Shown piece by piece: positions 26,536 through 37,785 of a stretch of DNA of 64,000 nucleotides. The stretch lies in NCBI GenBank assembly GCA_964016885.1, contig OZ024760.1, positions 4,216,001 to 4,280,000 of the forward strand, in the 5' to 3' direction. The notes under the pieces were generated by a model. That model saw only the letters and a list, made by a program, of their open reading frames with translations, was not told the origin of the DNA and ran no database searches. Source of the stretch: Eledone cirrhosa. Its lineage: Eukaryota. The translations under genes and the position numbers were made by a program. Every line of letters begins with the position of its first letter. The stretch's first letter is position 1.

Positions 26536-26597
26536 GTAAACTTGTACTTTTTTATGATTACTCGTCAGGGTCGCTGTTTATATATATATATGTATAT

Positions 26598-26917
26598 ATA
26601 GTTATGTAATAAACAACATAAGGTAATTATTCCATTTACCAGTGGTTTCTTAAAAGCAAAAAATGTTGCTTTCAATCATCAGAATGAAAAAATCCTGGTC
26701 TATTTATTGATATTGGATTCTAAAAACCTAGGTTTTTAGAATCCAATATCAATAAATAGACCAGGATTTTTTCATTCTGATGATTGAAAGCAACATTTTT
26801 TGCTTTTAAGAAACCACTGGTAAATGGAATAATTACCTTATGTTGTTTATTACATAACTATTAAGCTCTGATACCTACATAGAGCACTCTTTTTTCCTGA
26901 CTTTTCCGACGGAATTT

Positions 26918-26920
<3 letters not shown>
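26598..26920 (+). mobile_element. 264-bp palindrome (26598-26861) plus ~60-bp tail, PLE pLTR-like
   Basis: Arms appear to be exact reverse complements about CCTAGG (26727-26732); (TA)n on both sides. Confidence 0.8.
26771..26828 (+). ncRNA. Canonical type-I hammerhead ribozyme (mirror copy at 26631-26688 on the - strand)
   Basis: TTCATT-CTGATGA-TTGAAAGCAA cattt TTGCTTTTAA-GAAA-CC act GG-TA-AATGGA: all core nucleotides intact, 10-bp stem II, GUA cleavage after 26822. Confidence 0.8.
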
Positions 26921-26953
<33 letters not shown>

Positions 26954-27025
26954 ATATATATACATATATACAAACACACATACATACACACATATACATA
27001 CATGTACACATATACATATATACAA

Positions 27026-27062
<37 letters not shown>

Positions 27063-27922
27063 CACACCACACACAAGTACAAAATGTACATTCAAAACGG
27101 AGAAAAAGTACTCAATACATGTAGTTATGTGTTCGATGCTGATGATTCATTGAGTGAATGTGTATATATATATATGTGTGTATGCATGTATATATTTGTG
27201 TGTGTGTGATCGAGATGACTGTACATTAAGTATTTGTAAACGGGTGTTAACGATGTATCTTTCATTTATAAATTATATCAGAAATATACAGTGAAATTAT
27301 ATATATTATACGTTTGTATATAAACATTCATATATTACTATAAGGTGACATAACAAAAGCTTGTGTATATATTTTTGTGTGGTTAAGTGTCTATATTTGT
27401 ATCTGCATACGTTTGTATATAAACAAACATAAATTACTGTGTTCATAATAAGAAACGTGTATACATCTCCTGTGTGTAGTTAGGTGTATATTTGTATATT
27501 ACATATGTTTGCCTGTAGTTTTTAGGTGTATTCTTATACATGTTTGTTCCTATATGCCGTGGATTTACGATCCTTTAGATTTTAAGTTCAAATTCCATCG
27601 AGAGCTTAGCCATTTATCCTCTCTCGATCGATATATGATATAATAAAGTAGTACCAGTTATGTATTGGTTTGATTTATCGATCTAACATCCTTCCTGCAA
27701 ACCTTGTGTTGTGCTAATGTCCGGAATTACAGCGGTTTCTAATTTAGACACTATGTCAGCTGATTGAAGTCCAACGCTCTACCGATTTTTGTATCGATAA
27801 ATAATTATTATCATGATTTATGAAAGGCGGATGTGAGTGGTGAAATAGACCCACATTAACTTAACTATGTAGATGTAGGCTGGCGACTTAAGGTAATGGA
27901 GAGGGTATTATTTCCCTTAGGG

Positions 27923-28098
27923 CAGTGGTTACCCAAAGTGGGTTCCGCAAAGGGGTGTTTAGGGTAGAGTTTGTGTTCGATGAGGTAGAGGAGTATATTT
28001 ATATGATGGCCATATAACAGTATTAGATATTGGGGTTCCTCCAAAAAAAGTTTCTGAACCGAAAAGGGTTCCGCATTTGAAAAAGTTTGGGAAACTTA
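27923..28098. mobile_element. Degenerate hAT-like MITE
   Basis: cagtggttacccaaa ... tttgggaaacttag ends with subterminal gggttccgc repeats. Confidence 0.45.
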
Positions 28099-28223
28099 GG
28101 GTCATCCCAACCTATATTTGCAGTACTCCGAATCACTATTTTTTCTCTCTAGTTTCGGGGGACCTATTACTGTTGTTTACTTTTTTTAATGATCATCTCT
28201 TAAGGTCCTGTAAAGATTTAGTA

Positions 28224-28290
<67 letters not shown>

Positions 28291-28337
28291 CTACTACATA
28301 TAGTAGCCATGCCTGTATATTCTTTTCATTCTCACAA

Positions 28338-28443
28338 GCTCCGATGAACTGACTGGTTATAACTTTGTATTGGCGATCGAGTAACGTGAAAATAAGCGGA
28401 TAGCGATCTCTAGACCTACCAGTTCAGAGAAATAATTGTCAGC
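28338..28443 (+). ncRNA. Minimal hammerhead motif in a (TA)n-flanked insertion (~28287-28691)
   Basis: GCT-CCGATGA-a-CTGACTGGT..ACCAGtTCAG-a-GAAA-T-AATT-G-TC-AGC: stem I GCT/AGC, palindromic AATT stem III, GUC site. Confidence 0.6.
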
Positions 28444-28688
28444 AATGAGATTAAAAACCTTTTTTGTATAGCAAACCGTGTCACTCTTCTTTCCTGATTT
28501 ATGTTGTAATTCCTATGTTGTAAACACTCCAAGTGTTTACAACATAGGAATTACAGCGTACTCGCAGCATCACTATGGAAACGCCTTGTTGAGTCAAACT
28601 TAGCCAAGCGTTGATATCATCCACTACCCGTTGTACCATAACTGGACTACACCTAAGTGGACTACCTATAACAATAATTTGTTACCCC

Positions 28689-28725
<37 letters not shown>

Positions 28726-30484
28726 TGTTTGTTAATACAAATGGTTATAGTATAATTACTAGTGTTAAGGGACTTGAGCTCCTCCAATAATTTGTTTCAA
28801 TATACACTGGTTTTTTTACTTCACTGATTTTGTATTGATCATGTTTTTATTGTCTTTCTTAGCCTGGTATTGGTGATAAAAAGTGTGTGTGAGCTACTAA
28901 TAATAATGTTTTCTTTATTAACCACAAGGGTTGACACAAAGTATAACATTAAGGACTGCACAGGACCGTACAAATGGGCGATTTCTTCAATAATAAATAC
29001 ACAAGTACAGTATATATACTTAAGCCCCTCCAATCCCAAAACTAACAGAAGTTCAGTAACGTGGTCCCACGTGGTACAGGACGTTAAGAGTTGACTCGTC
29101 TTTATTGTCATTGTTAATCTCACCTTTTATTTTTAATTCCATCTAACCCCTACTGTTTCTGGTTTTTTGTTTGTTTTCCTGTGTATTTCACACCTGTACC
29201 GTGTACCCAGTTCTTTAACGGCCTCTGTGGTGGGTTGGCGGGATCGTTAGAGCGCCGGACTGTGCTTTGTCGTAGTTGTGACTTTCTGAGTTCCGAAGTC
29301 AATCAACTTTGCCTGTCATGTACCGAGGTGGTGGATACGATCGATTTTTCCGCGACCCATAAATTGGCTACCCTTGTGCCTAAATTACCCTTACTACAAC
29401 TGGTGATGATGATAGCTGGATATTGCTAGAACCCACACCTCGTTTTCAAGACCTTCCCAAAATGGTGGGTTCGGTGTTGTTGGCGTTTCGTTTGATCTTT
29501 TGTTGAAGAGTAACACGTGGGTAGAGACGAAATATCAGGGGTTGGCTTCCAGCTGGGGTGGTTGTTGTACTGTGGTGGTGGTTGTTGTACTGTGGTGGTG
29601 GTGGTTGTACTGGGGGTGACGATGTTGGTGATGGTTGTTGTACTGGGAGTGAGGATGGTGGTAGTTGTACTGGCAAGGTGGTGGTGAGACATGTGTTTAG
29701 TATCTCTGTGTGTCTAGTATACAACAGGACACCCGGACATGATTAGTGAAGGGTGAAATTTGCTGGGTAGGGGTGGTGGTTATAGTAGTAGAAGTACTAT
29801 TGTTCTGGTAGTTTTAGTAGTGGTAGTGGAAGTTGTAGTAGTAGTTTTGTTGTTGGTAGTTATAGTGATGATGAAGTGGTAATGTTTGTTGTAGTTGTAG
29901 TAGTAGTAATATTTGTTTCTAATTTTGGCACAAGGCCATCAATTACTCAGTACATTACTGGTACTTTTTTTATCGACCCCGTAAGGATGAAAGGCAAAGT
30001 TGACCTCGGCGGGATTTGAACTCAGAGTAGTAATATTGCTGGTTCAGTAATACTGTTTTGGTGACTAGTAGTAGTAGTTTTGTTGTTTGTGGTGGGTGTA
30101 ATAGTAGTATTGGTGGTTGAAATAGTGTTGGTGGTTCTAGTAGTAATGGTGGTGGTAGGTATAATAGTAGTATTAGTGGTTGAAATATGGTTGGTGGTTG
30201 TATTAGTAGTGGTGATGGTTCTAGTAGTAGTAATGTTGGTGGTGGTGGGTATAGTAGTAGTATTAGTGGTTGAAATAGGGTTGGTGGTTGTATTAGTGGT
30301 GGTGGTGATGGTAGAGAGAGAAAAAAGAAGCAGAGAGCATCTATGGACTGTCGTGTTTTGATGATGATGCAATCAGCCAGGACTTATGACAATATTTTGG
30401 ATATGACAGAGTTGTGTGTGTATATATGTATACACACACACACACATATATATAATTACATAATAAACAACACAATATAATTAT

Positions 30485-30552
30485 TCCATTACCAAAGGTT
30501 TCAGGAAACTAGATGATCTTAACAGAAACGTCCAGTATGCTCGTCAGATGAA
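30485..30552 (-). ncRNA. Hammerhead motif related to the 26.7-kb family
   Basis: Reverse strand TTCAT-CTGACGA-(actgga..tctagt)-GAAA-CC ttt GG-TA-ATGGA, followed by the same ataatta...tgttgtttatta flank; base of stem II is imperfect. Confidence 0.6.
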
Positions 30553-30620
30553 ATATTAATGTTATGGATGTGTGTGTATATATATATATACGTGTGTGTG
30601 TGTATATATATATATACGTC

Positions 30621-30688
<68 letters not shown>

Positions 30689-32638
30689 CACGTGTGTGTG
30701 TATGTATGGGTTTGTGATGTAGCAACATCAGCATATATCGATGTGAATATGTCATCAGTATTCAAGTATGGTTAGCGTTTGTTTGTCTTGGTGAACTTTT
30801 ATAAATGGTAGAAGGAATTTAAACAATAAAATCGACATTTTCCGACATTCTGTCCTGTACGAAAAAAATGCCTACACATGAGAGTGTCAACAAGAAAAAA
30901 TAACACAGGAGAACAATAATATAACTCGAAAGTGACAGAGGAGCCTGAGGTTGGCTGGACATGCTCACCAACATTCAGAGTTGACACTGCACTCAGTGGT
31001 CCTGTGGGAGCCCCTACACGGACACACTGGAGGTGGGAGACGAGGTTGACATATGTCGAGGCCCTAAGGACAGACACCACTGCTCTCTGGGAGACGCGGG
31101 ACATGGTGGCAATGATGATGGACAGAGACTGCTGGAGAGAACTTGTCCATGGATTTCGGGAATTTTACCCACCCTAGATAGTTGGAAAAAGTTTTAATGT
31201 TTTGGGTGCTAGTTCTTCATCAGAAGCTAATGAGAGAGAGAGAGATAAAGGCAAGAAAAGAGAAAACATGTCTGTGTGTCTGTGTACAAACAACCTCATA
31301 GTGGATACAATCTCCCTCATATACACAGTCTCCAAGAGAAATTTTGCAAAGTGGCAGTACAAGACCCTTTTGGGGCCCCAAAGCAGGCAAAGATTTTTCT
31401 CAAAATTGATGTTGCATGGTTGCTGTGAGCCCTTCTTAGCTCTTGGGTCTCAGAACAAAATACTGGGTTGGCCCCTCTTTCATAGGCCCTGCACATACAC
31501 ATATATATTCAACCATGTACTCATATGCCTACCCAACCATGCACGCACATATATATCCCAACACATACCTCAAATCATGAGCATCTATTGTTTATTTCTG
31601 TGAATTAAGAGAGTTAGACAGGGCACCCCATGTGATCAGTGAATCAGGGTGAAGTTTACTATATAGCTCTTTAGTTATAAGGCCTTGATGATTGTAGTAG
31701 TAGTGGTTGTGGTAGTAGTTTTGTTTGTTGGTAGTTGTAATAGTGGTGGTTGTAGTAGTTGTAATAGTGGTGGTGGTAGTAGTTGTGGTTGTGGTAGTAT
31801 TGTTTGTTGTTAGTTGTAGTAATGGTGGTGGTAGTTCTAGTAGTGGTGGTGGTAGTAGTATTGTTTGTTGGTAGTTTTAGGTAATGGTGGTGGTTCTTGT
31901 AGTAGTGGTGGTGGTGGTGGTAGTAGTAATGGTTGTGGTTGTTGTTGTAGTTTTGTTTGTTGGTAGTTGTAGTAATAATAATTGTTTCTACTTTTGGCGC
32001 AAGGCCAGCAATTAACCAGTACATTACTGGTACTTTATTTTATCGACCCTGTAAGGATAAAAGGCAAAGTTAACCTCAGCGGGATTTGAACTCAGACTGT
32101 AAAGGGACGTGGTGGTTTAGTAGTAGTGGTGGTGGTGGTTGTAATAGTTTTGTTGGTAGTAGTAGTAGTAGTAGAGGTGGTGGTGATGGTTGAAGTGATA
32201 ATGTTGGTTGTGATAGGGGTGGTGGTAATAGTAGTAGTAGTAGTGTACTGTATTTGTTTTCAGTTATCATTTGGGATGGTCTGTTTGGGTTGCTACAAAA
32301 ACAAGTAATAAAAATGGTGATGGTGTAGTTGTGGTGGTGGTTGTAGTGGTAATGATGGTGATTGTTATTGTGGTAGTGATGGTGGTGGTTGTAGTGGTGG
32401 TGATGGTGGCGTTGGTGTTGTGGGGTAGTTGTGGTGGGAGTGATGGTGAGGTGGTGGTGATGATAGTGATTGTTGGGGTTGTAGTGTTTATATTTGTAGT
32501 TGTGGTGGTGGTGGTTGTAGTGGTGATGATAGTGATTGTTGTAGTTGGGGGGGGGGGGGATGATGGTGTGGTGGTTGTAGTGGTGATAGTTGTGGTTGGG
32601 GTGGTTGTAGTGCTGGTGGTGGTATTAGCAGCTGTAAC

Positions 32639-32669
<31 letters not shown>

Positions 32670-32844
32670 TTAGCAGCTGTAACAGTAGTTTCAGTAGTTA
32701 CTGTTTATCACAGCATTCTCTGTTTATTGATGTTGTCTTCTGTCACAAGTCATCATGCCACTCAAGTCATCTGATCCAGCTCCACCCCCTGGAGTGGTTC
32801 AACCTATAAATTAACCTATTGTTTGTATGCAAGGGAGTAGAGGG

Positions 32845-33460
32845 TGACATGGCTTAGTGGTTAGAGCATTGGGCTTAACAATCGCGAGGTTGTGAGTTCG
32901 ATTCTCAGTCCGGGCTTTGCATTGTATTCTTGAACAAGACACTTTACTTCACATTGCTCCAGTTCATTCAGCTGTAGAAATGAGTTGCCAAGCTGTATCG
33001 GCCTTTGCCTTTCCCTTGGACAACATCATATGTAGTGTATATATAAAGTATAGAGTGTATATATAGAGAGAGTATATAGTATATGTTGTGATGTCACTGG
33101 TGTCAAGTTGTATCGATCTTTGCCTTTCCCTTGGACAACATCATATGTAGTGTTTATATAAAGTATAGAGTGTATATATAGAGTATATAGTGTATATATA
33201 GAGTATATAGTGTATATATAGAGTATATAGTGTATATATAGAGAGTATATAGTATACATTGTGACGTCACTGGTGCCAAACTGTATTGGCATTTGATTTT
33301 CCCTTGGATAACATCGGTGGCGTAGAGTCAGGAGACTGGTATGCATGGGTAACTGCTGGTCTTCCACAAACAATCTTGCCTGGACTTGTGCCTCGGATGG
33401 GAATTTTCTAGGTGCAAATCCCATGGTCATTCGTGACCAAAGGGGGTCTTTACCTTTTAT
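32845..33460 (+). mobile_element. tRNA-derived CORE-like SINE with internal duplication and microsatellites (a - strand copy lies at ~57770-58005)
   Basis: tggcttagtggttagagc / gagttcgattc boxes; ttcttgaacaagacactt; aagggagtagagg flanks both ends (possible TSD). Confidence 0.72.
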
Positions 33461-33978
33461 CCTAAGGGAGTAGAGGCTGGCATGTAACATCTACTGTGTG
33501 TGTGGTTATTGTTGTTTAGCCCCGGGTCAGCCCTCAGAGCAAAGCATATAATACGATTACAGGCATTCCATCTGTAAATGGGTGTTTGTTGGTTCCCCTG
33601 AAGCTAATCCCAGAACCATATTCATCATCATCATCATCACTGTTTTACATCCATTTTTCCACGCTAGCATGGGTTAGACGAATTATTGTTGTGGCCATGT
33701 CTTGCTCATACAAAACTGATTTTGGCTTGATTTCTACAGCTGGATGCCTTTCCTAATGCCAATCACGTTTACAGTGAGTACTGGGTGCTTTTTGTCATGA
33801 CACCTACATGACCACTTTACAGTGGGAGGAATGGCATACTGTATATATGTTTCAGCTTTTTTCTAGGGCTGTAAAGATGTAGTTTAACAGAGATTTGGCT
33901 GCTATTTCTGGCAAGGGTAGTAACCACCAACTGGCTTCGCCCTTGGCGCTTGTGATTGTAGTGGTTGGTGATGACGTG

Positions 33979-34055
<77 letters not shown>

Positions 34056-34172
34056 TGGTGGTGGTTATAATGGAGTTGTTTATGTATTGCTTTCATGGTG
34101 GTGGTGTGTATCTGAGCTTGTAGTGGTAGTTATGTTGAGTGGGTAATAATACCTTTGAATCTGTGTGTGATG

Positions 34173-34227
<55 letters not shown>

Positions 34228-34914
34228 ATGTTGTATCTGCGAGTGTATTTGATTGAATACATATAAAAATGAGAAAACTCATTGCTCTCTTTGACAACAT
34301 TAAGCTGTTTTTATGGCTGTTGTAATAATGAGTTTTCTCATTTTTATATGTTTTCAATATATATAAAAATGTGTGTGTGTTATGTATATCACCACATATA
34401 TATGTGTGTGTGTGATGAGGGTAAGGATAACGATTGTGTGATGGTGATATATATATATGTATATACATATATTGTTTGAGGAGGACATGTTCTGGATTAT
34501 GTAATATATATAATGAAATAATAGATGATATAAAGTATATATCTTTCGTTTATATGTATATGTGTATATATATAGAGAGATAGATAGATTGGCTTTCCAT
34601 GTGTGTGTGAGAGAGATTGGTTAGGATAATGATAGTGTGTGTAACTATTTATAGTCAAAAGTTGAAGTATTGACTTCCTCTTTCTGGTAAGTCTTAGAAC
34701 TTCACCTTATTGTTTACACTACTTAACATGGTGGCAGGGATGGCATAGTCATTTTACCTTGCATTGATGGTGGTGGTGGTGATGGGTGGGCTGGACAGGT
34801 CTGTTCAACGTGTCCATCACTTGTCATGGTTCTTATTAGTCATCTAATACATAACTACAACAATAACAACAGAAATAAATGTATACCTTGTAAGATGGTG
34901 GTCATGACTAAATG

Positions 34915-35410
34915 TACCCAGTCCACCTGACAAAGTGATAGTGCTGGTACCATGACAAATAGCACCCAGTCAACCCTGCAAGGCGATAGAGCTGGTGCCA
35001 CGACAAATAGCATCCATTCCACCACCCTGCAAGGTGATAGAGCTGGTGCCACGACAAATAGCACCCAGTCCACCCTGCAAGGTGATAGAGCTGGTGCCAT
35101 TACAAATAGCATCCATTCCACCACCCTGCAAGGTGATAGAGCTGGTGCCACGACAAATAGCACCCAGTCAACCCTGCAAGGCGATAGAGCTGGTGCCATT
35201 ACAAATAGCATCCATTCCACCACCCTGCAAGGTGATAGAGCTGGTGCCACGACAAAGAGCACCCAGTCCACCCTGCAAGGTGATAGAGCTGGTGCCATTA
35301 CAAATAGCATCCATTCCACCACCCTGCAAGGTGATAGAGCTGGTGCCACGACAAAGAGCACCCAGTCCACCCTGCAAGGTGATAGAGCTGGTGTCATGAC
35401 AAATAGCACC
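34915..35410 (+). repeat. Minisatellite of alternating 48- and 51-bp units
   Basis: caaggtgatagagctggtgcca(cga/tta)caaatagca... units; reverse-orientation relative of the 5926-6922 unit. Confidence 0.9.
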
Positions 35411-36039
35411 CTGTATGGTGGTAGTGCCAGAATCACAATAAATAGTACACAGTGTAAAATAATTGGAGTCAGGAGGAGCATCCAACTGTAAAAGACCAAG
35501 CCCAAAACGGAGGATATGTGTATATAGGGGACTATATTATGTTGTTTTCATGTTTAGGGGATGGTTTTCTATTTAATATTTGTTCAGGGTCTCCTCGCTG
35601 TTTTACAGTGGTCATCATTGGTATATTCTATAGACTGTCACCCCACATCTCTCCGATTCCTACACAGTACATGTGTACTCTAACCCCTCACACCTCCTCC
35701 CCTTTTTCTATGTACTTCACTTTTGTCCCTTCCCACCTTTGTCCACTCCCATTTCACTCCTGTATGTGCCACTTTGTCTCCTCCCATCTCATCCCCTTCT
35801 ATATGTACTTTAACTTTGTCCCATCTCATCCTCTTCTCTATTTATTTTGCTTTTGACCCCTCCTATTTCACCTATTAAGTATGTTCTTCAACTTTGCCCT
35901 CCTCCCATCTCATCCTCTTATATATGTACTTCGCTTTTGTACCTTCCCACCTCATCTCCTTCTCTCCGTACTTTAACCTTTGTCCCCTCTCATCTCATCC
36001 ACTTTGTATATTTCATATTTGTCCCCTCCCATCTCTTGA

Positions 36040-36602
36040 AGGGCAGTGGATTGGCAGAATCAGTAGAGCATTGAACAAAATGCTTTGTAATATTTAGTTA
36101 TGACTCATTACGTTCTGAGTTTAAATCCTGCTGAGGTTAGCTTTTCTTTTCGTCCTTCAGAGTCAATAAAGTATAGTGGAACCTAGGTTCATGAACTTAT
36201 TTCATTCCTGAAGGCTGTTTTGTCACTCAAAATGTCCCCATACAAGATATTGAGAGAGAGAGAACGAACTACACAGCAAGTGACACTTTCCTGCCAATTG
36301 CTCCCAGCTTGTCTGTGTGTTCGTTACTTGAGACAGCATTTATCACCCGAGATGTTTTATGTTTGGAAAAATTGTTTGTGAAAAGCAGTTCCACTGTACC
36401 AGTAATGCACTGGGGCTTATTTAACCTTCAGCACGCTGTCGGTGACAAATTGTGACAAGAGAGTAATCTCCCCCTTAATGCATAATGCAGCGTCAAGGGA
36501 GGCAATTCATTAAAAAAAAATCAGCGTGCTGAATGTTAATTGACTTTCCCCCCTTCCCTTCAAATTGCTGGCCTTGTGCCTAAAAATAGTCACAATTATT
36601 AT
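36040..36602 (+). mobile_element. Deu/Nin-like SINE carrying nested mariner-like (36174-36396) and piggyBac-like (36425-36534) MITEs
   Basis: aataaagTA|tagtggaac...gttccactg|TAccagtaatgcactggg; TTAA|ccttcagcacgctg...cagcgtgctgaatg|TTAA. Confidence 0.7.
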
Positions 36603-36878
36603 TCAAAGATTTTTTTCTGGTTTTTGTTTTGGCAACAAACATAAGCAGCAGAGAAGTGAAATAAGTATATTTTTCATGTTATCTAAGTATGGAACCTTCA
36701 AGGCTTCTAATTAGACAGTTCCTCGTCTATCTGGGTCACGGAAGGAAATATAATAAACACCAGTAATATATTGGCTGCTGTTCAATCATGTGTACCGCCT
36801 TACCTTTCCAAACCTTGGCCTTTTGCCTGCTCAAATGGCGTCATCATTCTTTTTCTTCTTTCTGTTATTATTATTATT

Positions 36879-37389
36879 AGGGCGGTGGTTTGGCAGTATC
36901 GGTAGAGAGTCGGATGCCATAGAGTTACGTCTCTTTGTGGACTGAGTTCAAATCTCGCCTAGATTAACTTTGCCTTACGGGGTCGATAAAATAAAGCACC
37001 AGTAACATTACTAGGATAGATTTAATCAACTTTCCCTTCCCCCCAAATTACTGGCCTTGTGCCTATACTAGAAATCATCATTGTCAAATCCCGCCGAGGT
37101 TAACTTTGCCTTTCATCCTTACGGGGTCGATAAAATAAAGTACCAGTAATGTACTGGGTAATTGCTGGCCTTGTGCCTAAACAATTATCATCATTATTAT
37201 AAAGGCAGTAGATTGGCAGTATCGGTAGAGGGTCGGATGCCATGCCTTGAGGCATTGAGTTACGGCCCTTGCCATTCTGAGTTCAAATCCCGCCGAGGTT
37301 TACTTTGGCTTTCATCCTTACGGGGTCGATAAAATAAAGTACCAGTAATGCACTGGGTAATTGCTAGCCTTGTGCCAAAAGTAGAAACA

Positions 37390-37425
<36 letters not shown>
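36879..37425 (+). mobile_element. Cluster of three Deu/Nin-like SINE copies
   Basis: Three repeats of ccttacggggtcgataaaataaag; (ATT)n tail. Confidence 0.78.
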
Positions 37426-37785
37426 CTATATATACAAAATTTCAATACTATGTATACTTGTTACCCATATTTTTCACATTTCTATGACCCCCTCCATCCA
37501 CACCTTCATGTACTCTCAGGTCCTCCATGATGCCGGGGCTTGAAAATCGTTAATTTTTCTAGGTTGTCTCTGTTAATAAAAACCAGAATTAGTTGTTTAG
37601 TTTAAATATTGAGACCCCAACCCATCTTATTTATTTTATAATGCGTGGGATTTATATACAAACTAGACCACCCATCACCTGTTGGGTCACATTCGCTTAA
37701 AAATATTTTTTAAAAATCATGTTCACTTAAAAATAATTTTTAAATAATTAAAATATACACAGACATGTATACAATGTAAAATATA

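Noticed and set aside
31185-31240. CTGATGA on the - strand
   Set aside because: No GAAA or pairing stems follow; cannot be folded as a hammerhead.
34655-34686. Possible micro-exon (atag|...tttctg|gtaagt)
   Set aside because: 32 bp would shift the frame between phase-0 exons and the acceptor is weak; no support without RNA data.
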